Positions 1-13,140 are shown, numbered from the stretch's first letter. The stretch: DNA of 64,000 nt from Octopus sinensis (GCF_006345805.1 NC_043020.1:21824001-21888000), one strand, 5' to 3'. Notes: generated by a model from the letters alone, not told the origin. A program made the numbers and translations.

Positions 1-810
1 TCTGGTCTGCAGGTATGTTGCAAAGATCTGTTCTATCTTCTTCTTTAAAAAAAACATGTCTTAACCATCTCCATGATTCCCCATCACCTTCATCCAATAT
101 TTGCTGAAAAACTCTCTGTGTAGGACTTTCTCTTTCCATTTGATGATCTTTTCTCTGTTTGTCCTTATGTTGTAATCCTGGAGGGTCTCAACATTGTCAC
201 TGGTCACCTTCTCATTGAGTGAAGCCTGCAACATTCTTTCAGCACTATTCCCCAGATAGGCATGTAAGGACTTGATCTCCTTCATAACACTGTCTTCAGT
301 TCTTGCACCCCCAAATCATCCATGTGGTAATTGTGGTAATTTGGTCTTATGTTTTTCTGCAGTTTGTAACCAGCTTCCATCTTTTTCACAACCATGGAGA
401 ATCGTAGCATACTAACAATAAACATCAGGTGTAACACAGTCTCCTCGAAAGATTCCTGTCTTGATGTTGACTTGTCCAATTTCCCTCCCACCTGCAGTCA
501 AAACTGGCTTCCAGTTCCTTATACTGTTTTTCTATAAATAAATCATATTTTTAGCTGCCCTGACTATCTCCAGGCATTTTAAAATCTATGAGTGAGGAAC
601 TATATCATATGCATGTGCTTGATAGGCTTATCAACCTTCTCTGATAATTCCTTAAAATTGCCTTATCTATAACCAACAGATTTTTTGTTCCTCATGATCC
701 CTTCCTTCAGCCTTACTGTTCATTCACTTCCAAGATGTTTGTACAATTTCTTTCTCATTATTCCAGTTAGAAGCTTCCACATCACAGGCAAATAAGCAAT
801 TGGATGATAG
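1..810 (-). mobile_element. Degenerate R4/Dong-like non-LTR retrotransposon fragment (RT region), runs off window start
   Basis: Minus-strand translation near 640-810 gives NYHPIAYLPVMWKLLTGIMR...LYKHL...GTKNLLVIDKAIL. ORF 282-491 has GYKL...NYHMDDL (degenerate HLLYMDDL). Same family as 10098-12840. Confidence 0.75.
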
Positions 811-825
811 GTTACTGGTTATGGA

Positions 826-908
826 TCATCATCATGATCATCATCGTCATCGCCATCTTCCTCCTCATCATTGTATTATTATTGTTATTATTATCATTAT
901 TATTATTA
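826..908. repeat. (TCA)n/(TTA)n microsatellite at the 5' junction of the R4-like fragment
   Basis: Directly visible. Confidence 0.9.
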
Positions 909-1199
909 AGCATTATACTTCTGGTTGGAAGGCTAGAAAGTCAGTTGGAGCTTGACAGGTATTTTTGTTCTCAAAACTATATTATTGATATTATTGTTTA
1001 AAAGCATAAGACAGTAGTCTTTGTCCCCAGAAAAAAATGAGCTAAATAATATTTGGACTTTGTGCCTGAATATTTTAGTATTTGCGAAATGTTTACACAT
1101 TTGCAAGTGAGAAATGAGGTGTGAGGTGGGTGTAACTTTCTAACACAAAACAAACCAGTTTATAACAGCAGGAAAAGTCATGTAAATGTAATTTTCACT

Positions 1200-2109
1200 G
1201 ACACAAGTAACAATTTCAAGGACAAAATTGATGAGTAGAAGAACAATAAAAGTTAGAGTCCTCAGAATAACACCAAGTATCAACATATGGTGGCTCATGG
1301 GATATGTGATCATGGAGGGCAGTAGCACCCTCCTCCTAAAAGTCCAACGGACACAAAGAGAGAACTAGGTTGAGATAGATTTGGAAATGCTAATACAAAT
1401 AAAGCCACAAGACTTGGAAAACATCCCAGACTATGTCTGCCTCAAGGGTAGGAGGAAATTACTCTTGACCACCGAGGGCAGAAGGCCTCATTGCTTCGCT
1501 TGTCATGAAGCAACACACCTACAAGCACTCATCCCTCAGCAAAAAGGTACAGGGGTCCATAGACCTCTGTTGACACCAACATTATGGCTGGGAAAACAAA
1601 AAACAGGACCAGCTGTAGAAAGATCATCACCAACAATAGGGAAAGCAGCAAAAATAGCAACAACACCAGCAGGAAAACTGTCAGAGAGGTCAACCACAAA
1701 ACCAACACCTCGCAACCAAGCTCAACAAACTCACCCTCTAACAAACAAACACGCAGAAAAAGATACACATACAAACACGAATTCACTTCCACACAAAGAA
1801 GAGGAGGTTGCAACTGGCACTATTTCTATCACATTGAAAAGTGATGATGAGGGGGAACAGATTAAATCCAAAAGACCAAAAAGAAGTCACGGAAGTGAGG
1901 CATTTTGTCCTGCACCAAAACAAGATAACAAGAAACTGCACTCGCACCCACAACAAACACAGACACTCAGACAACTCCTGAGGCACCACAATCATCAACT
2001 AAAGCATCACAAGCACCAAAAACCCCACTGCAGACAGAAAAAATCCCAAAAGGAAACTCACACTGCAAACACCATAAGAAAAACAAGAAACAATGATGCA
2101 GGCAGCTAA
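1200..2109 (+). pseudogene. Tx1/L1-clade LINE ORF1 remnant (gag-like, degenerate zinc knuckle)
   Basis: ORF 1381-2109 has LLLTTEGRRPHCFACHEATHLQ (CX2CX4H knuckle, last Cys lost), then a low-complexity K/T/Q-rich tail. Lies upstream of a Tx1 ORF2 3' end. Confidence 0.55.
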
Positions 2110-2389
2110 CTTTGTGTTAGTAAGGAGAGCTAACAAAAACCTGATGGCTCCTCTTATCAATAATGGAAGACATTGAAAAAAGGTGGGGGAAATCTTGGAC
2201 TAGCATGTGCAACGTGCCAAAAACTGAATGATGGTGAGGATGAATTTGGACACTATCCAAACAATTAGGGATGTCTTTCCACACAATGTAGGGATCACTC
2301 AAGTAAATGCCAGTGAAAGGCTTCTCTATAAGAGTTCCAAAAGGAGCCCAATGAAGAAATGGAGGCGGGATCACCTGATCTCCAACAGC

Positions 2390-3452
2390 ACTCATTGTGT
2401 GGAGGACTGGGCATGCCATGGCTGATGATATGCAGACGTGCACTGATGTTGCGGCATCTCCAATAATACATTAATGGTGAGCAGGTGTGGTCACTGTTTG
2501 CTGGACGTGCTTTTCCACAGCTCGACTCCTTAACAGGGATACAGTCCTGGATCGGGCATAGACTGAGGCAGGGGCCTTGGCATCTTGAGTGTCTTCAGTG
2601 CTAACAGCCCTCAGCCAATCATGTAATGCGGTCTGTGGAAGTTCCACATTGGAGTTTATAGGGGATTATGGAGGGAAAGAGTGATGATGTTCTTAGAGAT
2701 GTTCTGGACATCAGGAGGGATCAACTGGCTGGCCTTTTCTGAAGGACTTTCATACTTGGACCTATGGATAACTTCCAGAAATCCCTGGTCTGGTAATGCT
2801 ACCAGGGGATCTCTGCCGGTTCACTATATGCTCTACAGGCACAGGTGTGCAATCAGACAGGCACCTAGAGTGATGAAATCATTCTGCATGCTCTCGTACA
2901 GTGTCCACACATTGTGAACTTGTAGAGCTTTGTCAAACAGTTATTGTCATGTGTAGGACGGATCCAGCTGTCATCCAAGTCCATCTGTTGGGTGGCTATG
3001 GCAAAAGGGGTTATGTGGTGGACGTGATTGAAAGGTTTGAAGATGGATACCTTCCACTTCATTGATTTTTTCAGGTTCCACCTGAAAAGGAAAGTGAGAC
3101 TGGAGAGAGAGGTGCTGTTTCCCAGTAAGTTTGTTGAAATGTGGGTGAATGTGACAAGAATGGCCTGTGTGAATGGACCTACTTTAAGTGTGTACGTGTA
3201 GGCCGGATGGAATGCAGAGGAGAGGAGTGCCTACCTGAGGTGCTTTTGGTGTTATGGAGTCCAAAGTGTGTGAAATTCCTTTGGTCACCTCTCAGTGGAA
3301 CTCCCCGCTATTGGGGAAATACATTCTTGGTTTAATCTCCTTGTTAATTGTTGTTTATTTTTTTTTGTTTGCTTTTTACATGCTTAACCCCACTGTCACT
3401 TGTCTGTGTATCATCATTTATGTTTTGTGTTCAGCCCTGGTGGCCAATAAAG
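2390..3452 (+). mobile_element. Tx1/L1-clade LINE, ORF2 C-terminus and 3' UTR (degenerate)
   Basis: Homologous to 4750-5860 and 20100-20960 (GGLGMPWL..RHAL; FRPGPMDNFQ; FHLKRKVRLEREVL). Ends cagccctggtggccaataaagaa before (ATT)n. Confidence 0.8.
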
Positions 3453-3455
3453 AAT

Positions 3456-3485
3456 TTATTATCATTATTATCATTATTATTATTT

Positions 3486-3568
<83 letters not shown>
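3456..3568. repeat. (ATT)n tail/microsatellite
   Basis: Directly visible. Confidence 0.95.
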
Positions 3569-3769
3569 TTTCAGTAGTCTTATTTTCATAACGTGCTTTC
3601 ACTGCACAACTGAGCACAACTCTGTGTGCCTTGGGTTTGTGCCCTGGTTTGCGGTTATGCTCTTATTATCACTGTATTGAAAGTGTTTTATGTAGGATGT
3701 GTGTGATGCCTTGTAGTGCTATTTTCTGTATGTTATATATATTTGTAAGTCATGGTGTTTTTGTTATGT

Positions 3770-3930
3770 ATTTGTCTGCGTCACTACGTTCTGAGTTCAA
3801 ATTCTGCTTTGGCCAACTTTGCTTTTCATCCTTTTGGGGTTGATAAAGTTGGAATACTGGAGTTGATGTGAGTGACTATCACTGTCCCCTCAAATTTCGG
3901 CCTTGTGTCTATAGTAGAAATTATTATTAA
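3770..3930 (+). mobile_element. SINE fragment (tRNA B-box-like gagttcaaattc, body and tail)
   Basis: Homologous to 25560-25720 (gagttcaaatt...actttgctttt...ggggttgataaa...ctggggttgatg). Confidence 0.6.
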
Positions 3931-3944
3931 TTATTTGGCGCGGG

Positions 3945-5860
3945 TGGGGCTTTGATCAATTTAGATCAGAGTAAAGCCTTCAATAGGGTCAACCATCGAT
4001 ACCTAGCAGCTGTTCTCAAGGCAGCCGGCTTCAGTCCAGTCTTCCGCAGGTGGATCACTGCTTTATACTGCAACATCTGCTCGGTAATATGGGTGAACAG
4101 TCACCTTTCAGAGCCGTTTGACATCTCGCATTCAGTCTGCCAAGGATGCCCTCTCTCCTCCCTCTTGTACGTTTTGACCCTTGAGCCATTACTGCACAAG
4201 TTGGATGCTTTGAGGGGTATCCTGCACGATCTAGGAGGTGGAAACAGCGTGTCTGCCTATCCGATGACATCACCGTGATGGTGTCGAGTCACAGGCACAT
4301 TGACCTGATCGACGAGATGCTGAACGAGTACGAAGCAGTGACAGGGGCAAAGATTAACGCGGAAAAGTCTGTGGGCTTGCAACTAGTCACCTGGAGAGGC
4401 AAGTCCATGCCGTCCAACAGCGTCGTAGGGCACTGGACAGACGGACCCGTTAAACTGCTTGAGGTCTGGTTCGGTCCGGACCTCCAAGAGGATAAAAACT
4501 GGGAAGAAGTGACGAGCAGGGTGGCCAATCTCACCCAGAAATGGGCCGAGAGGAAGTTGTCCCTGAAAGGTCGGGCGGAGGTGGCGAATGCGTACATCGC
4601 ATCCGTCATCTATTACCGCTTGACCATCGTTCCTTGTCCCAACCGCTGGTAGGCCAAGCTGCTACGCTTGCTCTTCAGCTTTTTGTGGAAGGGTCAGGTA
4701 CCACTGGTCAGGCGATCCATCTGCTGTCAACGACCGCTGAACGGAGGCCTTGGCATGCCGTGATTACTAATGTGCAGACATGCGCTCAGGCTACGGCATC
4801 TCAAGTGTTTCCTAGACGGTGAACAGGTGTGGTCATCTTTTGTCAGAGCTGCAGACCTGGATCAAACGCAGACTGAGAAAGGGCGCTTGGCACCTCGAGT
4901 GCCGTCAAGCTCTCTCCGCCCTCCGCGAAGCGGGCAATGCGATCGGTAGTAGTTCCACTCTAGTGTTCTATAGAGAGTTAGTGGAAGAAAAGTGCGACGA
5001 CGTTCTCGGGGAAACTCTAGGCTTGACGATAATGAGCTGAGCAGTCTGTTCGAGAGGACTTTCGGGCCGGGGCCAATGGATAATTTCCAGAGGTCCCTCG
5101 CCTGGCAGTGTTACCGAGGGGCTCTGCCTGTTCGGCATAAACTCTACTGGCACGGAAGTGCCGTCAGCCCAAGGTGCTGCTAGGACGATGAAACCATCCT
5201 GCACGCACTCGTCCAGTATCCGAGTATTGCTGAACTATGGGTTTATGTCGAACAGCTACTGTCGCATATAGGATGGATCCGGCTATCAGCTGAATCCATA
5301 GAGAAGATTGTCCCGCCGACCTCCTTTAACCGGGAGGGCAAGGCAAGTTTTCCTTTGCCTAGTGGCTGTAGCGAAAGAGGTGGTATGGTGGACCTGTTTG
5401 AAAGGGCTAAGATTAGACATTTTCCTCTTTGGCCCAAGCTTCATTAACTTTTTCAAGTTTCACTTGAAAAGGAAGATGAGAGTTGAGAGGGAAGTGCTGT
5501 CCGATAGCAAATTTAATGAAAGGTGGATAAATGTCGCAAGAATGGCCAGTGTGAAAGGAGCCATTCTGAGGTTACACCTGTGATTTAAAAAGGTATTACA
5601 AAAGGAGAAAGAGGCTCTCTACCCCCCCCCCTTTTTTTTTTACCAGGCTCCCGTTGGCTTTTATGGTTTTTTTCCACCAGGAACCTTTCGTAATGCCCCC
5701 CCCCCCTTTTGGGAGATTTTTATTGTTATAATCTTTCGTTGTTTAAACTGTTTTTTACTCGATCTTACAAACGGACAAAACCCTTTGTAACCTTTATTCC
5801 TGTTTTGTCCCTTTATGTGATAATTGATTTTTGTCAGCCCTTGTGGCCAATAAACCACGA
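3945..5860 (+). mobile_element. 5'-truncated Tx1/L1-clade LINE (RT to 3' UTR), frameshifted
   Basis: INLDQSKAFNRVNHRYL, CQGCPLSSLLYVLTLEPL, SLKGRAEVANAYIASVIYYRL, GGLGMP. 3' end cagcccttgtggccaataaa. Confidence 0.9.
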
Positions 5861-5945
5861 ACGCAAAAGATGAAGCATCACAGATAAGCACTCCTTTAAA
5901 TTCAACCCGTTAACTACCTAGTATTATTTCTGCGCAATTGATTAG

Positions 5946-6136
5946 CCCTTTTAGTTTTACTCTGTCTATCTCAGCCTCACGCCTCATGTTAAATGTATAA
6001 TTCTATAGTTCCTTCTTACTTATCGATGTCTAACCCTTTTAGTTTCTCTCTATTCTGTTTTATTCTGTTTATTTCAGCTTCACGCCTCATGTTCAATATA
6101 TAACTCTATAGTTCCTTCTTACTTATCGATGTCTAA
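5946..6136 (+). repeat. Imperfect tandem duplication (88 bp and 103 bp units)
   Basis: cccttttagttt...cacgcctcatgtt...ctatagttccttcttacttatcgatgtctaa occurs at 5946-6033 and 6034-6136. Confidence 0.9.
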
Positions 6137-9100
6137 ATGTCTCTTAATACCTACAACGAAGTATTCCTTCTCAAAGTGATGAGATGCGCCCCTTCATGGC
6201 TGCTAGTTTTCGTGTCCACCTTTACCGGAAGTCCCAATTTTGCCATCCATGAACACTTTAAAAGGCTTACGCCTCCCCACCCCCTGCTATATAAGGTAGT
6301 GATCATACAGTGCAAAATATGATAGTGTAGTGTACGCGTTTTGAACTTAAGTCTATTGTTTGTCAATGACTCCTACCAAATGCGAGTTTTCTTTTCAGGT
6401 ACATGAAGCTACTGTCCCCCGTCCCAAGGTCCCTAGGGCCCATACCTGCCACACCCTCAGGGTTGGCACCCTCAACGTTGGCACACTGAAAGGTAGGTCT
6501 GGTGAGATTGTTGAGATGCTTGAACGGAGATGTGTCGATATGTGTTGCATCCAAGAAGTGAGGTGGAGAGGAGGTTCTGCTAGGTTCCTCACAGGCAAAG
6601 AACTCAGGTACAAGATGTTCTGGGCTGGAAACACTGACGGGGTCGGGGGCGTGGGTATACTTCTCGCTAAAAAATGGGTAGATAAGGTAATTGAGGTAGT
6701 CAGAGTATGCGACAGAATACTTAAGATTAGATTAGTGCTTCATCATGGATTAGCAACCATTATATCGGCCTATGCCCCTCAGCCAGGGCTACCCAATGGA
6801 CAGAAAGACCGATTCTATGACACCCTACTTCAGACTACCTCGTTGACGAACGACGGGGACCTTCTCTTTGTGGCTGGTGACTTCAATGAGCATGTTGGAC
6901 AACATGCTGGGAGCTTCCATGGGGTAAATGGAGGCTACGGTTATGGTTCCCACAACGAAGAGGGAACCAGGCTGCTGGAGTTCTGCGATGCGAATGATCT
7001 TATGGTTTGCAACACTAACTTCAGGAAACCTACCAGCCACCTAGTCACCTATCGATCGGGCCGACATACTAGCCAAATTGACTACATCCTTGCCAGAAAA
7101 AGGGAAAGATGGCTGCTTATAAATGCCAAAACCTTCCCATGCGAAGAATGTACCCCACAACATAGACTGGTAGTTAGTGACTTTAGGATCAGGACTAAGA
7201 GGACGACCAGCATGGAGAAGAAGGGTCTGGAAGCTTAAAGATCCTGCGAATGGACAGAGATTTAGAGACATGTTACTTGAAGCCTTTGACGAAATAGAAG
7301 GGGATATAGCTTCACATGGGGTAGAAGACAACTGGAGGTTTCTAAGGGACAACCTGCTGAGAGCCACTGACCAGATCTGTGGTTGGTGCAAAGTCCCCTC
7401 TCGACCCAAAATAACATGGTGGTGGAACAATATTGTTGACAGGGCTATTAGACAAAATAAACAGGCTTGGAAGGACAGGAAGAACAGTGGTAGCAAGGAA
7501 TTGTATCAGACTGCCAGAAGGGAAGCTAGGAGGCAGGTGTATTTAGCCAGAGGGGAAGCATATAAGAAAAAAATTGCCAATGTTCTGCACACCGTGAGGA
7601 CGAAAGACTTGAGGTATTTCATGTTGCAAAACAGTGTGTGAGAGAGAATCGTAATGTGGTAGGAGAGACATGTGTTCGCATGGATGATGGTTCACTTGCG
7701 CTAAATGAGGATGCAAAGAGAGTGGTTGGGAGACGAAATTATGAAAGCTTGCTGAATAAAGAAAATGCATGGGATAAAGAGAGTCTGCCGAATGTCGACC
7801 CAACAGAGGGACCAACTATCTGTGTTGACAGTTCCTTGGTAGTCAAGGCAATTAGAAGCATGAAGACAGGGAAAGCCCCAGGCCCATCAGAAATTACTGT
7901 AGAGATGCTCAAAATATCTGACAGTGTCGGCTATAGCCTAGTCACCCGTATAGTTAACCAGGTGATACACGAAGGAGTCATACCCAATGACTGGTGTAGC
8001 AGCATAATAGTTAACTGCTACAAAGGTAAAGGTGACGCCCTAGATACAAATAATTGCAGAGGTATCAAATTGTTGGATCAGGTAATGAAGGTTACGGAGA
8101 GGGTCATAGCCCAACTTATTAGGGAGGGAGTCAACTTGGATGAGATACAGTTTGGTTTCGTGCCAGGGAAAAGCACCACTGATGCCATATTTCTCATAAG
8201 ACAGCTGCAGGGGAAATACCTAGCCAAAGATAAGCCCCTGTACCTGGCTTTCGTTGACATGGAGAAAGCCTTTGACAGGGTCCCCCGATCCCTTATCTGG
8301 TGGTCAGTGAGGAAACTAGGGATAGATGAATGGTTAGTGAGAGCTGTGTAAACCATGTACAGGGACGCTGTAAGTAAGGTAAGGGTTGGTAACGAGTACA
8401 CTGAAGAATTCAAGGTAGAGGTTGGGGTCCACCAGGGTTCAGTCCTCAGCCCCCTCCTACTTATCATAGTCCTCCAGGCAATAACGGAGGAATTCAAGAC
8501 AGGATGCCCCTGGGAGCTCCTCTATGCTGATGACCTTGCTCTAATCACTGAGTTGCTATCAGAACTAGAGGAGAAGTTTCAAGTGTGGAAACAAGGATTA
8601 GAATTGAAGGGCCTTAGAATCAACCTAGCTAAAACCAAAGTCCTAATAAGTAGGAAGGCAGGCAAACCACAAATCCCTTCAGGTAGATGGCCCTGCTCAA
8701 TATGTAGTAGAAGTGTAGGTAGGAACTCTATAAGATGTACCCAGTGTAAGCTATGGACACATAAGAGGTGCAGTAATATCAAAGGAAGGCTAACTGGGAA
8801 GATAGTTTTTGTATGTGGCAGATGCTCGGGAGCGATAAACACTGAAAATGCGCAGAGACCAACTTCTGCCACATTCTTGGGAGAAAAACTAGAAGTAGTT
8901 GATAGCTTCCGTTATCTAGGTGACCAAATCAGTATCGGAGGAGGGTGCACTGAAAGTGTAACTGCTAGAATAAGAATAGCTTGGGCAAAGTTCAGAGAGC
9001 TCTTACCTCTGCTGGTGACAAAGGGCCTCATGCTCAGAGTAAAAGGTAGACTGTATGATGCATGTGTACGAACAGCCATGCTACATGGCAGTGAAACATG

Positions 9101-10060
9101 GGCTGTGACTGCTGAGGATATGCGTAAGCTCGCAAGGAATGAAGCCAGTATGATCCGATGGATGTGTAATGTCAGTGTGCATACTCAACAGAGTGTAAGT
9201 ACCTTGAGAGAAAAGTTGGACCTAAGAAGCATTAGGTGTGGTGTGCAAGAGAGACGACTGCACTGGTATGGTCATGTGGTGAGAATGGATGAGGATAACT
9301 GCGTGGAAGAGGTAGACCCAGGAAGACCTGGGATGAAGTAGTGAAGCACGACCTTCGGACATTAGGCCTCACCACGGAAATGATTAGCGACTGAAACCTT
9401 TGGAAATATGCTGTGCTCGATAAGACCTGGCAAACCAGATGAAACCATAACCCATGGCCTATGATAGGAGCATAACCAGCCCGCTTATGCGTAGCTTTTC
9501 CTTCTTTGGTCACTAAACTTTTGCTTGCGAAGACCTGTTGAGGCAAGTGAAATCAAAATCATTTCGATGACTGGCATCCATGCTAGCGGGGTGAAAAGAG
9601 CACCATACGAGTGTGATCATTGACAGAGCGGCTATTCGAGTATGATCGTTACCAGCGTCGCCTTACTAGCACTTATGCCTGTGCTAGTAGGGTGCCAAGA
9701 ACACTATCCGAGCGTGATCGTTGTGATCGTTGCCAGAGCAGCCAACTGGCTTCCGTACCCGTGGCACGTAAAAGGGCACCATTCGAGCGTGATCGTTACC
9801 AACGTCGCTTCACTGGCACCTGTGTCGGTGGCACATGTAAAAAGATTCGAGCGAGGTCATTGCCAGTACTGCCTGACTGGCCCCTGTGCAGGTGGCACAT
9901 AAAAAGCACCCACTACACTCTCGGAGTGGTTGGCGTTAGGAAGGGCATCCAGCTGTAGAAACTCTGCCACATCAAGACTGGAGCCTGGTGCAGCTATCTG
10001 GTTGCCAGCCCTCAGTCAAAACCGTCCAACCCATGCTAGCATGGAAAACGGACGTTAAAT
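6137..10060 (+). mobile_element. Near full-length RTE-clade LINE (APE-RT, several frameshifts/stops, long 3' UTR, GAT/TTA tail)
   Basis: APE: LRVGTLNVGTLKGR, CIQEVRW, VAGDFNEHVG, SQIDYIL. RT: GKAPGPS, RGIKLL, QFGFVPGKST, DMEKAFDRV, GVHQGSVLSP, LYADDL, FRYLG. Single long-ORF layout typical of RTE. Confidence 0.92.
6360..9440 (+). pseudogene. RTE ORF (AP endonuclease, reverse transcriptase, PHD finger), disrupted
   Basis: ORF track segments 6360-7238, 7177-7641, 7638-8351 and 8355-9341 are consecutive pieces of one protein. Confidence 0.9.
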
Positions 10061-10061
10061 G

Positions 10062-10097
10062 ATTATTATTATTATTATCATTATTATTATTATTATA
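10062..10097. repeat. (TTA)n tract between the RTE tail and the 3' end of an R4-like element
   Basis: Directly visible. Confidence 0.9.
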
Positions 10098-12840
10098 CAC
10101 TCAACAGATTAGACTGTTGGAAAAGAAAAGAATCCTAACATTGAGCTACCACATGTAGCCTTAGATAGCAAGAACCCTTCTATTGGGTTACAGCAAGTAA
10201 CCATTGATGCCAAGAACTCTCCTATGTATCCTAGCTGTCCCTAATAACACTGTTTTCTGCAACTGTACTAAACTGGATTTTATGCCTATTTCCTCTATCC
10301 ATCTGTTCAGATCTTTAGGGATAGTTCCCATTGCACCTATAACTAATGGGATACATTTCACCTGCACTTTCCATAGTCTCTGTAATTCAATAGCTAGGTC
10401 CTGGAACTTTGCTATTTTTTTCTATACTTCTCAAATTAATTTTTTCATAATTTATCTACTACTACCACCAAGTCAGGCCTTCTAGCTTCTACTACTCTAT
10501 CAGTCTGAATGTTAAAGTTCCACAATATCTTGTACTTCTTACTTTCTAGTGTTTTACAAGATCCATGTTCATACCATTTATCAGTATGTTCAAATTCTAG
10601 CTTTCTACAAAGTGGATTGTTCTCCCTACATTGTCATGTCTTATATTCCTTCTGTGCCAACATGCTATATTCACTTACTAAATGAATAATACTTTCCTCT
10701 TTTGATTTGCATAATCTACATTGGGAATCTACTTGGTTTTTGTCCATTTTGGCTTCTATCCAATTAGTCTTTAATGCTTGATCTTGTGCAGCTACTAATA
10801 AACTTTCTGTCTCCCTTTTTAGCCTTCCTTTCTGCAGCCATAAACATATCTCACTACTACTATTTGCTGAAACTATCTTTGGGTATCTACCATGCAAAGC
10901 CTTCTCCTACCAGTCAGATAATTTCTGTTCTTTTTACTGGTTTTTAAGCTCGTTTTGTGCTTTGGTTTCCCTATATCTTGCTGTGACTGTAGCAGCTTTT
11001 AATAAACTTACTTCACTATTACCTACATAGGAGTCTATATCTACTCTAGTTAACTCCATACAGTCTTCTGCTGATATCAACCCTCTTTCACCTTCCTTTT
11101 TAGGTCGCTATAATATTGCTACTCCTGCCCTTGGGTGGAGTCCTCCATTCATATTGAATTCCTTCCTAGTTCTTCTGTCTAACTTTGCTAATTGATGTGT
11201 TTTTGTCCAATCTACGAAAGCTGCTGAGTATCTAAGTAATGATATTTCAGTAGATTCGGACCATTTAGCTTTGACTTCATTAGCTTCTTCACACTTCTGA
11301 TGTACTCCTTCTCAATTTTCGTTATCATTTCTGTAGTTAGTACTCCGTCAGATTCTAATACTCCTAGATACTTATAACTCTCAACTCCTTTCAATGATTT
11401 TAATGTCTGGTCATCTGGTAATTGGCTGTAGACTACCTGTTCTCTTCTCATGACTAAAATTGCACACTTATCTATGCCAAATTCCATACCTATATCTTTA
11501 CTGAAGAGTCTTATAGTCTGTATTAAGGAATCTATCTCTTTTTCATTTTTACTTAAAAGCTTCAGGTCATCCATGTAGAACAAATGGTTAATTTTTCCAT
11601 TACTATTTCTGAACTGATACCCTGCTTTTGCCTTCCTTAATACTAAACTGAGAGGGATCAAATATAAGACAAATATTAAAGGGGACAATGAGTCCCCCTG
11701 GAAAATACCTCTTTTGGTATTAACTTACTCTAAGAGTGTGTCACCTGAGTATAGATCTACATTCCATTTCTTCATGCTAAAGCTAATTAATTCTCTTATG
11801 TTGTCTGCTATACTGAACATACTCAAACATTTACTTATCCATGAGTGTGGCATCATGTCATAGGCTTTCCTATAATCTATTCATGCTATTGTTAGCTTTT
11901 TCTTACTAGCAATTACTTCATTTAGAACTGCTTTGTCTATGTATAATAGACCATGCGTTCCTCTAGACTTCTTCCTGCAACCTTTCTGTTCTTCTGGCAG
12001 TAAATTCTGGTTGTTACGGTGCTCGTAAATGCTTTCTGAAAGCATTCTTGTTAACAGCTTCCACACTAATGGTAAGCAAGTGTTTGGTCTATAGTTGCTA
12101 GCTATATTACCCTTCATAATGAATATTGTCCTCCCTCTAGCCATCCAATCTGGTATTATTCCTCCATTAAGGCAATCCTGAAGTTGTTTCCTCAGCCTCC
12201 CATATAAACTACCGAATTTCTTTAGCCAGTACCCTTGAACTAAATCTGTTCCTGGGCCCTTCCAATTTAGTATTTTTCATAACACTTTACTCATTAATGC
12301 ACTAGTTAATCTTAGATCTGGCTGCTTCTCACTCACTATTTGTTCCGTCAGTTTCTTTAACCATACTGCATCTCTATTATGATTGACTGGTTTATCCCAA
12401 ATATTACTCCAGAACTTTCTAGCTTCCTTTGCTTTAGGTTTCTCATGTTCAATACTTCATTCTCTACTATTTATTTGGTTATAAAATCTCCTTTGGTCTG
12501 TCTCAAATAATCTATTCTATTTATACTGATCTATTCTTTTCTGATATCTGGAGAGCTTGCCTGCAACTGCTATGATATGCTGTTTTAAATCTTCTATTAT
12601 TGTCCCAAGTCCTTTCTCTTTGACTAAGTATCTTTCCTTGAGGCAAGATTTGCCTCTTGTGTTACCTAACTTGTTTGTTTTCCAGGCTTCTATTCTACCC
12701 AGATCTCGTCTTAAAGTCTCACTTTATTTTATAGTCTCCTTTTCCACATTTACTCTTTCTTAATCTTTCCCTATGAGATATCTAATCTTCTGGTGACTAC
12801 TGCCCCTCCTGCATAGATCAATAAGTTAGTGTCTTCTATA
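10098..12840 (-). mobile_element. 5'-truncated R4/Dong-like LINE (RT, CCHC knuckle, restriction-like endonuclease), degenerate
   Basis: LPEEQKGCRK, INHLFYMDDLKL, YKYLG, KRETESLLVAAQDQAL, CRLCKSKEESIIHL, ILWNFNIQTDRVVEARRPDLVVVD (PD..D RLE). Flanked by (TTA)n on both sides. Confidence 0.9.

Positions 12841-12844
<4 letters not shown>

Positions 12845-12926
<82 letters not shown>
12845..12926. repeat. (TTA)n microsatellite
   Basis: Directly visible. Confidence 0.95.
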
Positions 12927-12930
<4 letters not shown>

Positions 12931-13140
12931 ATGGGTTTTCCCTTGTATGGTTGGCCTGTCTGTAAGGTTTGAAGACAGGCACTTTCCTATCTAGCTAAGC
13001 TCTCATCAATTTCTTCAAATATCATTTGAAGATAAGGATAGAGAGGGAGTGCTGCCTTCTAGTGTGTTTATCAAAAGGTGGTCAAGAGTAGCAAGACTGG
13101 TGAAACTGAATGGATCAATTCTGAGTATGGTTTTTTAAGC
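12927..13140 (+). mobile_element. Short Tx1 ORF2 C-terminal fragment
   Basis: LINFFKYHLKIR...VLPSSVFIKRWSRVARLVKLNGSIL resembles FINFFKFHLKRK...ERWINVARMASVKGAIL at 5440-5580. Confidence 0.65.

Noticed and set aside
3254-3680. ORFs with poly-I/L/Y/K/H runs here and at 22296-22560, 27076-27443, 37234-37771, 47465-47965 and 57100-57841
   Set aside because: Translations of microsatellites
9636-9815. Spaced direct repeats (gagcgtgatcgttacca...) resembling repeat-spacer arrays
   Set aside because: Only about three degenerate units in the RTE 3' UTR; ordinary internal duplication
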